The notes under the pieces: model-generated
The model's input: the letters and a program-made list of their open reading frames with translations, nothing else
What the model was told of the DNA's origin: nothing
Databases searched by the model: none
In this document: in pieces, positions 7,598 to 14,750 of the stretch
How the letters are laid out: every line of letters starts with the position of its first letter
How positions within the stretch are numbered: the first letter of the stretch is position 1
Source: a virus
IMG/VR virus record: IMGVR_UViG_3300010412_001298
Length of the DNA: 17,623 nt
Direction: 5' to 3' (one strand)
Translations under genes and position numbers: made by a program

Positions 7598-8059
7598 ATG
7601 AAAAAAATTAATGATTTACGCAAAATTTATGATATCAATTGTTTATTCAAACTAAATATGATACCTTGTAATAAAACCCTTAATAATGATTTTTTTAATA
7701 AAACCTCTAATAATGATTATTTTGGTTTCGAACAAGAGTGTTTTTATATGAATGAATACGGTTTTGTTATAGGTATTAATGTTTCTGGTTGTGATATTTT
7801 TAAATTCGATGTTTTTATTGATTATATAAAAAATTTTCAATATTTGACTGATTTATTTTTAGGTAATTTACAAATTAATGATATCACTTCTTTAAAATAT
7901 TTACCTAATTTGAAAATTTTAGATTTACATTTTAATAATATTACTAATATTGAATCGTTGTTATATTTGAAAAATTTGTTTTATCTTAATATTAGCAATA
8001 ATAATATTACTAATTTAGAATTATTAAAAAAATTAACAAGAACTATTATTATATCTTAA
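7598..8059 (+). CDS. short leucine-rich-repeat protein
   Basis: LTDLFLGNLQINDITSLKYLPNLKILDLHFNNITNIESLLYLKNLFYLNISNNNITNLELLKKL. Confidence 0.75.
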   Translation: MKKINDLRKIYDINCLFKLNMIPCNKTLNNDFFNKTSNNDYFGFEQECFYMNEYGFVIGINVSGCDIFKFDVFIDYIKNFQYLTDLFLGNLQINDITSLKYLPNLKILDLHFNNITNIESLLYLKNLFYLNISNNNITNLELLKKLTRTIIIS

Positions 8060-8100
8060 CGTTCACCAATTGATATATATTATTTATAAAAATAAAAAAA

Positions 8101-8457
8101 ATGTTAGAAGAATTTTTTGATATAACATATAAATCAAAAACAAATATTGATGAATCTATTTATATATCAATTTTTCGTAATAAACATAAAATAGCATTGT
8201 TACAAGGTTTAACTGATCTTAATTTATATACTGTTGATGAAATCAACAAATTTTTCAAATTATATATTTCTATTTGTAAAGATTATATTGAGTTAAATAA
8301 AAAATTCATTAATTCAATTGAAAAAAATTCAATGAAAGTTTTTGAGATAAAAGGTATGATTGAATTTTTAGATGATTTTGATAAATTAGATATCATAAAT
8401 GATAAAAATTTATTTTTGTTATTTACAATCAAAAGAAAATATATAAAAAATACTTGA
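8101..8457 (+). CDS. hypothetical protein
   Basis: 118-aa ORF on the same strand as its neighbours. Confidence 0.55.
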   Translation: MLEEFFDITYKSKTNIDESIYISIFRNKHKIALLQGLTDLNLYTVDEINKFFKLYISICKDYIELNKKFINSIEKNSMKVFEIKGMIEFLDDFDKLDIINDKNLFLLFTIKRKYIKNT

Positions 8458-8465
8458 AAAAAGTA

Positions 8466-8494
8466 TTGACATTTTTATATTTTAAATATATAAT
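8466..8494 (+). promoter_or_regulatory. promoter TTGACA-N17-TATAAT
   Basis: TTGACA 8466-8471, TATAAT 8489-8494, upstream of the 8526 ORF; no right dyad half. Confidence 0.75.
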
Positions 8495-8525
8495 TAATAT
8501 TGTAATTTAACTAAACAAGGCAAAC

Positions 8526-8975
8526 ATGAAAAACGTAAGAAAAGGTAGAACAATACTACAATACTTGAATGACTACGAACTTGATGGCTTGGAAAAAAGC
8601 AATGCCGCATTATCTGAGGCATTACAAACAAAAAATATTTTGGAATCAGGTGATGATGTAATAACAGCAATAGAAACAACAGCAGAATTTACATGGTTTG
8701 CTGGTATGGTTATTTCTTTAACACAATGTAAATCATGTAAAGATATCACAGATGCTTTAGATGTGTTTATTTCAACTTTAAAGCAAATGATTGAAAATGG
8801 TATACCAAAACAAAAAAATGAATGTGATGAAGAAATTTGGATATCTTTTAAAAACGCAATTTTGCTTCGTTTTTATCAAAAAATATACGATGACTTGGTG
8901 ACATTGCAACCACCAACAGAATTAGAATGTGGTTATATTGTTGATAAAGCAAAAGAGATTGTAAAAGACAATTAA
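8526..8975 (+). CDS. hypothetical protein
   Basis: 149-aa ORF with an upstream promoter. Confidence 0.7.
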   Translation: MKNVRKGRTILQYLNDYELDGLEKSNAALSEALQTKNILESGDDVITAIETTAEFTWFAGMVISLTQCKSCKDITDALDVFISTLKQMIENGIPKQKNECDEEIWISFKNAILLRFYQKIYDDLVTLQPPTELECGYIVDKAKEIVKDN

Positions 8976-9045
8976 TTTCTTTTATAATACCAAAAAAAAA
9001 TGTCTTAACATTTTTTTTTGGTATACATCAAAAACGGAAAACAGA

Positions 9046-10305
9046 ATGAGAATAAAAAGATTAGATGAATTAAACAAACCTTATAATATCTACACAACTG
9101 TATTAGAAACAGAAGCATTAGATCAATTTATCGATGCAATGCAACAAAAAGAAGTAGTAAAAGGTGCGTTAATGCCGGATGCACATTCAGGTTATACATT
9201 ACCGATTGGTGGTGTTGTAGCATTAAAAGGAAATATTTGTCCAGCTTATGTAGGATATGATATAGGATGTGGTGTATGCGCACTTAAAACAACTTTCAAA
9301 AAAACTGATATCAAAGAAAAACAGAATCAAATTTTTGATTCAATTTATGAATTAATTCCTGTTGGTTTTGAAATAAATCCACCATCAAAAGCAGCAAATT
9401 ATTCATTAGAAGGTTTGACATCTATTGGACAAAAAATCGCATCTGAAAAACAACATAATCGACAATTAGGAACATTGGGTGGTGGAAATCATTTCATTGA
9501 AATTGGATATGATGAAAATGATAATGTATGGATAATAATTCATTCAGGTAGTCGTGGTGTTGGACATGGTTTAGCAACACATTATATGAAATTAGCATTC
9601 ATTAATATTGATAAAATGTATGCTGATTATGATGAAAAACATCAACAAGCAAAAAGATATCAAAACAAATCAGGATATGAAAAAAATCGTAAAAAAGCAA
9701 TTGATCTTTTAATAAAAAAAGCAAAAGCCGATGAAGGACATCATTATTTAGATGTTAATACACAAGAAGGTAAGGATTATATAACTGATTTAAAATGGTG
9801 TCTAAATTACGCATTAGAAAATCGTAAAATAATGTTAGAACGAGTAATGGATGCCATTTTACGTTTTTGTTATGGTAAAGCAAAATGGGAAACATTGATA
9901 AACCGTAATCATAATCATGCAGAATTAAAAGATGGTTTATGGATACATCGAAAAGGTGCAACACATGCTGAAAAAGATATGTTAGGTGTTATTCCTGGTA
10001 ATATGCGTGATGGTTGTTATATTGTTAAAGGTAAAGGTAATCCTGATTCTTTATGTTCAAGTTCACATGGTGCTGGTAGACAAAAAAGCCGTAGTAAAGC
10101 AAAAAAAGATTTGAATGTTGATGTATTCAAATTTCAAATGGAAGGAATTAAATCATCTGCATCAATCGATACATTGGATGAAGCTCCTGGTGCTTATAAA
10201 AATTTTGATGATGTAATGAATAATCAAAAAGATTTGATTGAAAAATTATATCATATTAAACCATTGATTAATATAAAAGATAGTGGTAAACCCAAATATC
10301 TGTAA
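9046..10305 (+). CDS. rtcB: RtcB-type RNA ligase (3'-phosphate/2',3'-cyclic phosphate to 5'-OH)
   Basis: Family motifs GYDIGCGVCALKT, LGTLGGGNHFIEI, HSGSRGVGHG, RNHNHAELKDGLWIHRKGATHAEKDMLGVIPGNM and SSHGAGRQKSR; 419 aa. Confidence 0.97.
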   Translation: MRIKRLDELNKPYNIYTTVLETEALDQFIDAMQQKEVVKGALMPDAHSGYTLPIGGVVALKGNICPAYVGYDIGCGVCALKTTFKKTDIKEKQNQIFDSIYELIPVGFEINPPSKAANYSLEGLTSIGQKIASEKQHNRQLGTLGGGNHFIEIGYDENDNVWIIIHSGSRGVGHGLATHYMKLAFINIDKMYADYDEKHQQAKRYQNKSGYEKNRKKAIDLLIKKAKADEGHHYLDVNTQEGKDYITDLKWCLNYALENRKIMLERVMDAILRFCYGKAKWETLINRNHNHAELKDGLWIHRKGATHAEKDMLGVIPGNMRDGCYIVKGKGNPDSLCSSSHGAGRQKSRSKAKKDLNVDVFKFQMEGIKSSASIDTLDEAPGAYKNFDDVMNNQKDLIEKLYHIKPLINIKDSGKPKYL

Positions 10306-10335
10306 GATTTTTTAAACTATATAGTTTAAAAAATC
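10306..10335 (+). terminator. 30-nt perfect palindrome after rtcB (bidirectional terminator-like)
   Basis: GATTTTTTAAACTAT|ATAGTTTAAAAAATC. Confidence 0.6.
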
Positions 10336-10357
10336 AAGACATGAATGATTAATATAG

Positions 10358-10492
10358 ATGGACATATTTTATGGTATTATTTTATTATTAATTATTGTAA
10401 AGTTTTTTTATCATTTTTTGTATCAAATTCATTTTTTTTTTAAAAAAAAGCATGTTCGTAAAAAAAACATGAATGTGAAGAAAAAAACGTGA
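10358..10492 (+). CDS. possible 44-aa small membrane/basic peptide
   Basis: MDIFYGIILLLIIVKFFYHFLYQIHFFFKKKHVRKKNMNVKKKT; hydrophobic N-terminus with basic tail. No clear SD, and the sequence is homopolymer-rich. Confidence 0.2.
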   Translation: MDIFYGIILLLIIVKFFYHFLYQIHFFFKKKHVRKKNMNVKKKT

Positions 10493-10514
10493 AAAAAATA
10501 TTTGAAAAAATAAC

Positions 10515-10552
10515 TTGACAATTTTTAAACTCAAACGTATAATAGTATACAT
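10515..10552 (+). promoter_or_regulatory. promoter TTGACA-N17-TATAAT with dyad (ACGTATA-N4-TATACAT)
   Basis: TTGACA 10515-10520, TATAAT 10538-10543. Confidence 0.8.
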
Positions 10553-10607
10553 ACAAACAAGTTAAAAAGTTTTCAAAAAAGATTTTCAAAATAAATAAAA
10601 AAAGTAG

Positions 10608-10645
10608 TTGACAATTTTAAAACTTCAATGTATAATAGTATACAT
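10608..10645 (+). promoter_or_regulatory. second tandem promoter with ATGTATA-N4-TATACAT dyad
   Basis: TTGACA 10608-10613, TATAAT 10631-10636, dyad 10628-10645. Confidence 0.8.
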
Positions 10646-10704
10646 ACTAAAAAGTTAAAAACTTAAAGTATAAACCAAAAAAAAACACACACAAAGGTAA
10701 TGAA

Positions 10705-11028
10705 ATGAAAACAATTGAAATTTTAGTAGTCAAAAGCCAAAGCACTTATATTGAAGTAGAAGTAGATGAACAATTAAGCGATGCCAAAGCATTTCAACAA
10801 GCATTAAAAGACGCACCAGCGGTATTGAAAGCAGATGAAGATGTAGAATTCAACATTGAAGGTTCACTACATTATCACATCAAAGAAGAAAATGTAGCTG
10901 AAATTGAAGGATTGAAAACAATCAGATTCAAAAATGCAAGAAAAGCATTAGAATTAGCATTTGAAGATGATAATTTCACCAAAGCCGAAATGGTAGAATT
11001 TCTTCAAGAACAATTGAACAATATTTGA
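10705..11028 (+). CDS. hypothetical acidic protein
   Basis: 107-aa ORF with AAAGG upstream and tandem promoters. Confidence 0.8.
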   Translation: MKTIEILVVKSQSTYIEVEVDEQLSDAKAFQQALKDAPAVLKADEDVEFNIEGSLHYHIKEENVAEIEGLKTIRFKNARKALELAFEDDNFTKAEMVEFLQEQLNNI

Positions 11029-11062
11029 TTTTAAACTATTATAAAAATAATAGTTTAAAATC
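11027..11062 (+). terminator. hairpin overlapping the stop codon
   Basis: GATTTTAAACTATTAT-aaaa-ATAATAGTTTAAAATC, 16-bp perfect stem. Confidence 0.6.
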
Positions 11063-11098
11063 ATGAAACAAATAGAAAAATTTAGCTAATAAATTAAA

Positions 11099-11326
11099 AT
11101 GATCATACCAAAAGCAACACCAGAAACAACACTAAGTAATTTTCTAACAGCAATACTAAAAAAAAATAAAATCACAAAAAAAGAATTTTTCAAAAAAACA
11201 AAGTTAGAAAAAAGCATTTTTCAAAAAGAAACAGAACTAACAGAAGAAGCAGCTTTAGCATTACAAAAATTCACATTAGTTGATTATTCATATTGGATTG
11301 AATTATCGAAAAAAAAGTTGGAATAA
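11099..11326 (+). CDS. hypothetical small protein, possibly HTH-like
   Basis: 75-aa ORF; helical segment ILKKNKITKKEFFKKTKLEKSIFQKE weakly resembles a Cro/HigA-type HTH. Confidence 0.6.
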   Translation: MIIPKATPETTLSNFLTAILKKNKITKKEFFKKTKLEKSIFQKETELTEEAALALQKFTLVDYSYWIELSKKKLE

Positions 11327-11332
11327 AAAAGA

Positions 11333-11370
11333 TTGACATTTTTATATTTTGAATATATAATAGTATACAT
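11333..11370 (+). promoter_or_regulatory. promoter TTGACA-N17-TATAAT with dyad (ATATATA-N4-TATACAT)
   Basis: TTGACA 11333-11338; TATAAT 11356-11361. Confidence 0.8.
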
Positions 11371-11415
11371 ACAAAACAAGTATACAACCAAACCAAACCA
11401 ATCAAAAAGTAAAAA

Positions 11416-11715
11416 ATGTTTAAAGATATAGATCAAGAAATCAAAAATTTTTTAAAAGCAGCCCAAGGTAAAATTGCAATCCCAACAATGTTATCAACTT
11501 TAGATAAAATGATTTGGAAAACAGGACGTGATACCGCAATCAAAGACGCAGAAACACAATTTTACAAAAACCAACCTTTACAACCAATATTATCAGCACC
11601 AAAAAATGTAGAAAAAAGCGATATTTGGTTAAATGGCTACAACATCACCGTTCATTTTTTACAACAAGGCACACAAAACATCATCAATCAAGCCATAAAA
11701 AATATGGCAAAATAA
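11416..11715 (+). CDS. hypothetical protein
   Basis: 99-aa ORF downstream of the promoter. Confidence 0.7.
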   Translation: MFKDIDQEIKNFLKAAQGKIAIPTMLSTLDKMIWKTGRDTAIKDAETQFYKNQPLQPILSAPKNVEKSDIWLNGYNITVHFLQQGTQNIINQAIKNMAK

Positions 11716-11720
11716 AAAAA

Positions 11721-11757
11721 CAGTATCAGTATTAGTTGTTTTTTTCAACTAATACTG
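11721..11757 (+). terminator. hairpin CAGTATTAGTTG-T7-CAACTAATACTG
   Basis: 12-bp perfect stem directly after the 99-aa ORF. It lacks a 3' T tract, so it may be a processing or insulating hairpin rather than a strict terminator. Confidence 0.55.
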
Positions 11758-11762
11758 AAGTT

Positions 11763-11891
11763 ATTGAATTTAAAAAATATAGTCATTGAAAAAGATACTA
11801 CAAAATAGGTTCAAATCCTATATTTCGCTCCAAACAAATTGCGAAATATATAATATTCTTTTTCATAAATACTATATTTTTTAAATTCAAT
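11763..11891 (+). ncRNA. candidate circularly permuted tRNA/tmRNA-like domain
   Basis: Outer 21-bp perfect helix 11763-11783/11871-11891; inner 9-bp helix 11787-11795/11857-11865; T-arm ATAGG-TTCAAAT-CCTAT 11805-11821; 3' acceptor ATTTCGC 11822-11828, T 11829, CCA 11830-11832; 8-nt linker; 5' acceptor GCGAAAT 11841-11847. Confidence 0.6.
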
Positions 11892-11970
11892 TTAGAACAT
11901 CTACAAAAACAGAGGGTTTGCCAATATTCATATGAATGGTAGAACATTTGTCTAAAAATAAAATCTTACT

Positions 11971-12063
11971 TTAATAATTTGATAAATTCAGTCATTAAAT
12001 TTGCTACTACACTATTAACGTAATTTGCAGATTTTATTCATACTGAATTTATCAAATTATTAA
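11971..12063 (+). ncRNA. structured RNA element with second 21-bp perfect helix
   Basis: TTAATAATTTGATAAATTCAG (11971-11991) / CTGAATTTATCAAATTATTAA (12043-12063); inner 8-bp helix AAATTTGC (11997-12004)/GCAGATTT (12027-12034) with one G:U. Confidence 0.65.
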
Positions 12064-12086
12064 CAATCAAAAAGGTGAAAAAACCA

Positions 12087-14477
12087 ATGCAAACACTTGA
12101 AAACCAAGTCACATCAACATTACAAAATCTAATAGCAGGAGATAGAAATAAATTTATCTTCATTCCAACACCATTCACAACAAGCAATGTTGATAAACAA
12201 GAAGTATTAAGATTCCTAATCAATTTACATGATTTTGGATATGGTATCTCAAATGCTCATGTATTATTAGAATTAAATAAAATCAATTTCAATAGATTTA
12301 AATCAGAATTTCTAACATATATCAAATCTAATATCAAAGAAGGAATGATATTCAGAAAAACATTCGGTGATAAAAAGAAATTAACACCTTATACCACAGA
12401 AGAATGGTTAGCAATATTTGCTCAATATAGTATAACATATGGCTGGCCAAATGAATACCAAGGACTTTTTGGTGTAAATCCATCAATAGTATTAGACAAA
12501 TATGTCGGATCAATGTCTGATAAAATAACCAAATTAAAAGGAACAAAAAGAGTAATTGAAATAGGAGATTACACTGATTTAGTAGAAATATTGAGAAATA
12601 TTTCAACACAAACATCAGTATTAAGATCACAACAAATTGAAACATTAAAAAATAGCCCATCAAACGCATTAGTAGAAGCAATAGATGGTTATGATATACC
12701 AATAAAAGAAACTCGTGTGATGTTAATGAAATTAACAAAAGGTCACACATTCAAAAAACCATTATTAAAAACAGCAACAGATGTTTTGCGTTTCATTGTG
12801 TCAGAATATGCACATGAAAGTTATGAAGGAGTATTAATAAATTCTAAATTACAAAAAACAAAATTAAGAATACCAACATCAGCAAGAAAAATGATATTAT
12901 TGCAATTAGAATTAATTGCAAAAAACAGAAAAGCAAAAGGTGAATATTATTTAGCAGAAGATATGTTTTCTTATTCATCATTTTGGAAACAAGTAAACCG
13001 TTATCTTCGTTATGAAAAACAAGAAGCAATGCGTAAAAAATATCCATTATATACATTAGCAATTGATTTATTATATAAAGGGGATCGTTCATGGACATTC
13101 AATTCAAGATTTTCTAATGCTAAAGAAAATCAAGATTATGCATCAGCTGTTTTAATAGCAAGTGAAAAACCAGGTTTTCTATTAAGAAATCTTTTAGATT
13201 TTCTAACAAAAATAAAAGGTGAAAAAATACCAGTTAAAATAGATGCAAAGAAAAATAAAAATGCTTTTCAAGACGCACTGCAAAGAAACAGAGTACAATC
13301 AAATGTAGTCAAAACAGATGCAGTATCATTTTTCAAAAGCAAACGATTTGAAAAAATCTTAAATGATCATTTGAATCCAAAAATAGCATGGCAATTAATT
13401 GAAAAATTGCAAGATGAAGAATTGTATAAACCACAATATGTTCGTGTTGTGCAAGGAGTAACTGTCAAATATTCAACACCAATACCAGGTTTAAATGTAC
13501 CATTAACAAAATATGTACAAGGTTTATTAATGAATACATTAAAAGCAAAATTACAATATCGTAATAAAGATATTGGTTTGGTTTATATTGATAAGGATGC
13601 TAAAAAATACGCAATTCAATATTCAGGACGTAAAAGCACAGAAATCACTTATTCTGGAGAATATTTATCTAAAGGAACATCAATTGATTTTAGTGAAATT
13701 GTCGGAAGCAATAACGTGAAAAATCCAGTATTAAGAATGGGAGTAATGTGGCGAGCAACTGAAAAGAAAAAACAATCAATTGATTTAGATCATAATTTCA
13801 CAGTAAAAAGAAACACAAATGAAACAGAAGTTTTGTATTACGGTAAACCTGAATTAAAAGGAAGAAATGGTAATATAATTGGTGTAAGTTCAGGTGATAT
13901 TACATCAAATGGTGATCATAATAGTGCATTTTCATGTGAAATGATTGATATAAATATCAATGATATGTTAGCAAATGGATTTGAAACAGGCTACAATTCA
14001 ATAATCAATTATAATGGAGTAGTAGGAATAGGTTCATTAGAAGCATATTTCTTTTTCTCATTGATTGATAAAAAAGATCGTTTGATAAAAGGAAATAAAA
14101 TCAAAGTTGATCTTGCACAAATGGATTATGCAATTCGTATAGATCCAGAAAATAAAGATAATACAGGATCTTATATTGGGTTTTTAGTAAATTTCAAAAA
14201 ACAAGTAATTGAAGTATTAGCAGAACCAGTTTTTGGTGAAAACAATTCTTATTCAAATGCAATAACAAATTTGGTTATTTTTGAAAAAGTAATGAAAAAC
14301 AGAAGATTACCATTGACTGTAGGTTATACATTAAAACAAGCCTTATCAGAATCAAATTTAATTGATGTACCAGAAATGGCTGATGTTATAATTTCAAAAA
14401 CACAACCATTAAATACAACTGCAACTTGGATTCATCCTGGTCGTGATTTTGAAAAAATCAATCAAATGATTTTTTGA
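12087..14477 (+). CDS. large protein with TerD-like C-terminal domain
   Basis: Track ORF 12075-14477. AAAGGTG acts as SD, so ATG 12087 (MQTLENQVTSTLQ...) is the preferred start over GTG 12075. The C-terminal segment MGVMWRATEKKKQSIDLDHNFTV...YYGKPELKGRNGNIIGVSSGDITSNGDHNSAFSCEMIDIN resembles TerD-family calcium-binding domains. Confidence 0.75.
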   Translation: MQTLENQVTSTLQNLIAGDRNKFIFIPTPFTTSNVDKQEVLRFLINLHDFGYGISNAHVLLELNKINFNRFKSEFLTYIKSNIKEGMIFRKTFGDKKKLTPYTTEEWLAIFAQYSITYGWPNEYQGLFGVNPSIVLDKYVGSMSDKITKLKGTKRVIEIGDYTDLVEILRNISTQTSVLRSQQIETLKNSPSNALVEAIDGYDIPIKETRVMLMKLTKGHTFKKPLLKTATDVLRFIVSEYAHESYEGVLINSKLQKTKLRIPTSARKMILLQLELIAKNRKAKGEYYLAEDMFSYSSFWKQVNRYLRYEKQEAMRKKYPLYTLAIDLLYKGDRSWTFNSRFSNAKENQDYASAVLIASEKPGFLLRNLLDFLTKIKGEKIPVKIDAKKNKNAFQDALQRNRVQSNVVKTDAVSFFKSKRFEKILNDHLNPKIAWQLIEKLQDEELYKPQYVRVVQGVTVKYSTPIPGLNVPLTKYVQGLLMNTLKAKLQYRNKDIGLVYIDKDAKKYAIQYSGRKSTEITYSGEYLSKGTSIDFSEIVGSNNVKNPVLRMGVMWRATEKKKQSIDLDHNFTVKRNTNETEVLYYGKPELKGRNGNIIGVSSGDITSNGDHNSAFSCEMIDININDMLANGFETGYNSIINYNGVVGIGSLEAYFFFSLIDKKDRLIKGNKIKVDLAQMDYAIRIDPENKDNTGSYIGFLVNFKKQVIEVLAEPVFGENNSYSNAITNLVIFEKVMKNRRLPLTVGYTLKQALSESNLIDVPEMADVIISKTQPLNTTATWIHPGRDFEKINQMIF

Positions 14478-14501
14478 AAAAAACTGAAATTTGAAAAATG
14501 A

Positions 14502-14530
14502 AAAGGAGTAAATATTTACTCCTTTTTTTT
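14502..14530 (+). terminator. rho-independent terminator
   Basis: AAAGGAGTAAATATTTACTCCTTTTTTTT. Confidence 0.85.
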
Positions 14531-14564
14531 TGAAAAAATTTTTCAAAAAAAGTGAAAAAAAAGA

Positions 14565-14602
14565 TTGACAATTTTTAAACTCTAATGTATAATAGTATAC
14601 AT
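14565..14602 (+). promoter_or_regulatory. promoter with dyad (tandem, first)
   Basis: TTGACA 14565-14570, TATAAT 14588-14593, dyad 14585-14602. Confidence 0.8.
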
Positions 14603-14648
14603 ACAAACAAGTTAAAAAGTTTTCAAAAAAGATTTTCAAAAAAAAAGA

Positions 14649-14686
14649 TTGACAATTTTTAAACTCTAATGTATAATAGTATACAT
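14649..14686 (+). promoter_or_regulatory. promoter with dyad (tandem, second)
   Basis: TTGACA 14649-14654, TATAAT 14672-14677, dyad 14669-14686. Confidence 0.8.
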
Positions 14687-14750
14687 ACTAAAAAGTTAAA
14701 AACTTAAAGTATAAAACGCAAAACACACACTTATATAAAAGGAAAACAAA

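Noticed and set aside
7652-7840. Plus-strand 62-aa ORF
   Set aside because: Entirely inside the LRR gene 7598-8059 in another frame, low complexity.
10398-10500. Possible CRISPR or microsatellite-like array in the A/T-rich intergenic region
   Set aside because: Only homopolymer runs and loosely similar ACATGAATGTGAAG words; no regular repeat-spacer pattern anywhere in the window.
11760-11832. Conventional-order tRNA ending at CCA 11832
   Set aside because: The 5' position would read GTTATTG, which cannot pair with ATTTCGC, and no D-arm or anticodon-arm is found in the 73-nt span.
11819-11850. Inverted repeat TATATTTCGC/GCGAAATATA read as a simple terminator after a tRNA
   Set aside because: No T tract follows. 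The left arm is exactly the acceptor 3' strand plus part of the T-stem, and it is enclosed by two further perfect helices, so a permuted fold explains more.
11892-12042. T-box riboswitch or group I/II intron interpretation
   Set aside because: No AGGGTGGNACCGCG T-box core, no group I P/Q/R/S elements and no group II domain V were recognisable; GAATGGTAGAAC is only a weak resemblance.
12352-13098. Minus-strand ORFs 12352-12750 and 12844-13098 (and similarly 2307, 4551, 5958, 8494, 9755, 12038, 14409, 15926)
   Set aside because: All lie largely opposite better-supported + strand genes and encode Leu/Phe-rich low-complexity peptides.
14531-14563. TGAAAAAATTTTTCA inverted repeats as separate terminators
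   Set aside because: Short low-complexity A/T runs adjacent to the clear terminator at 14502-14530; not independently supported.
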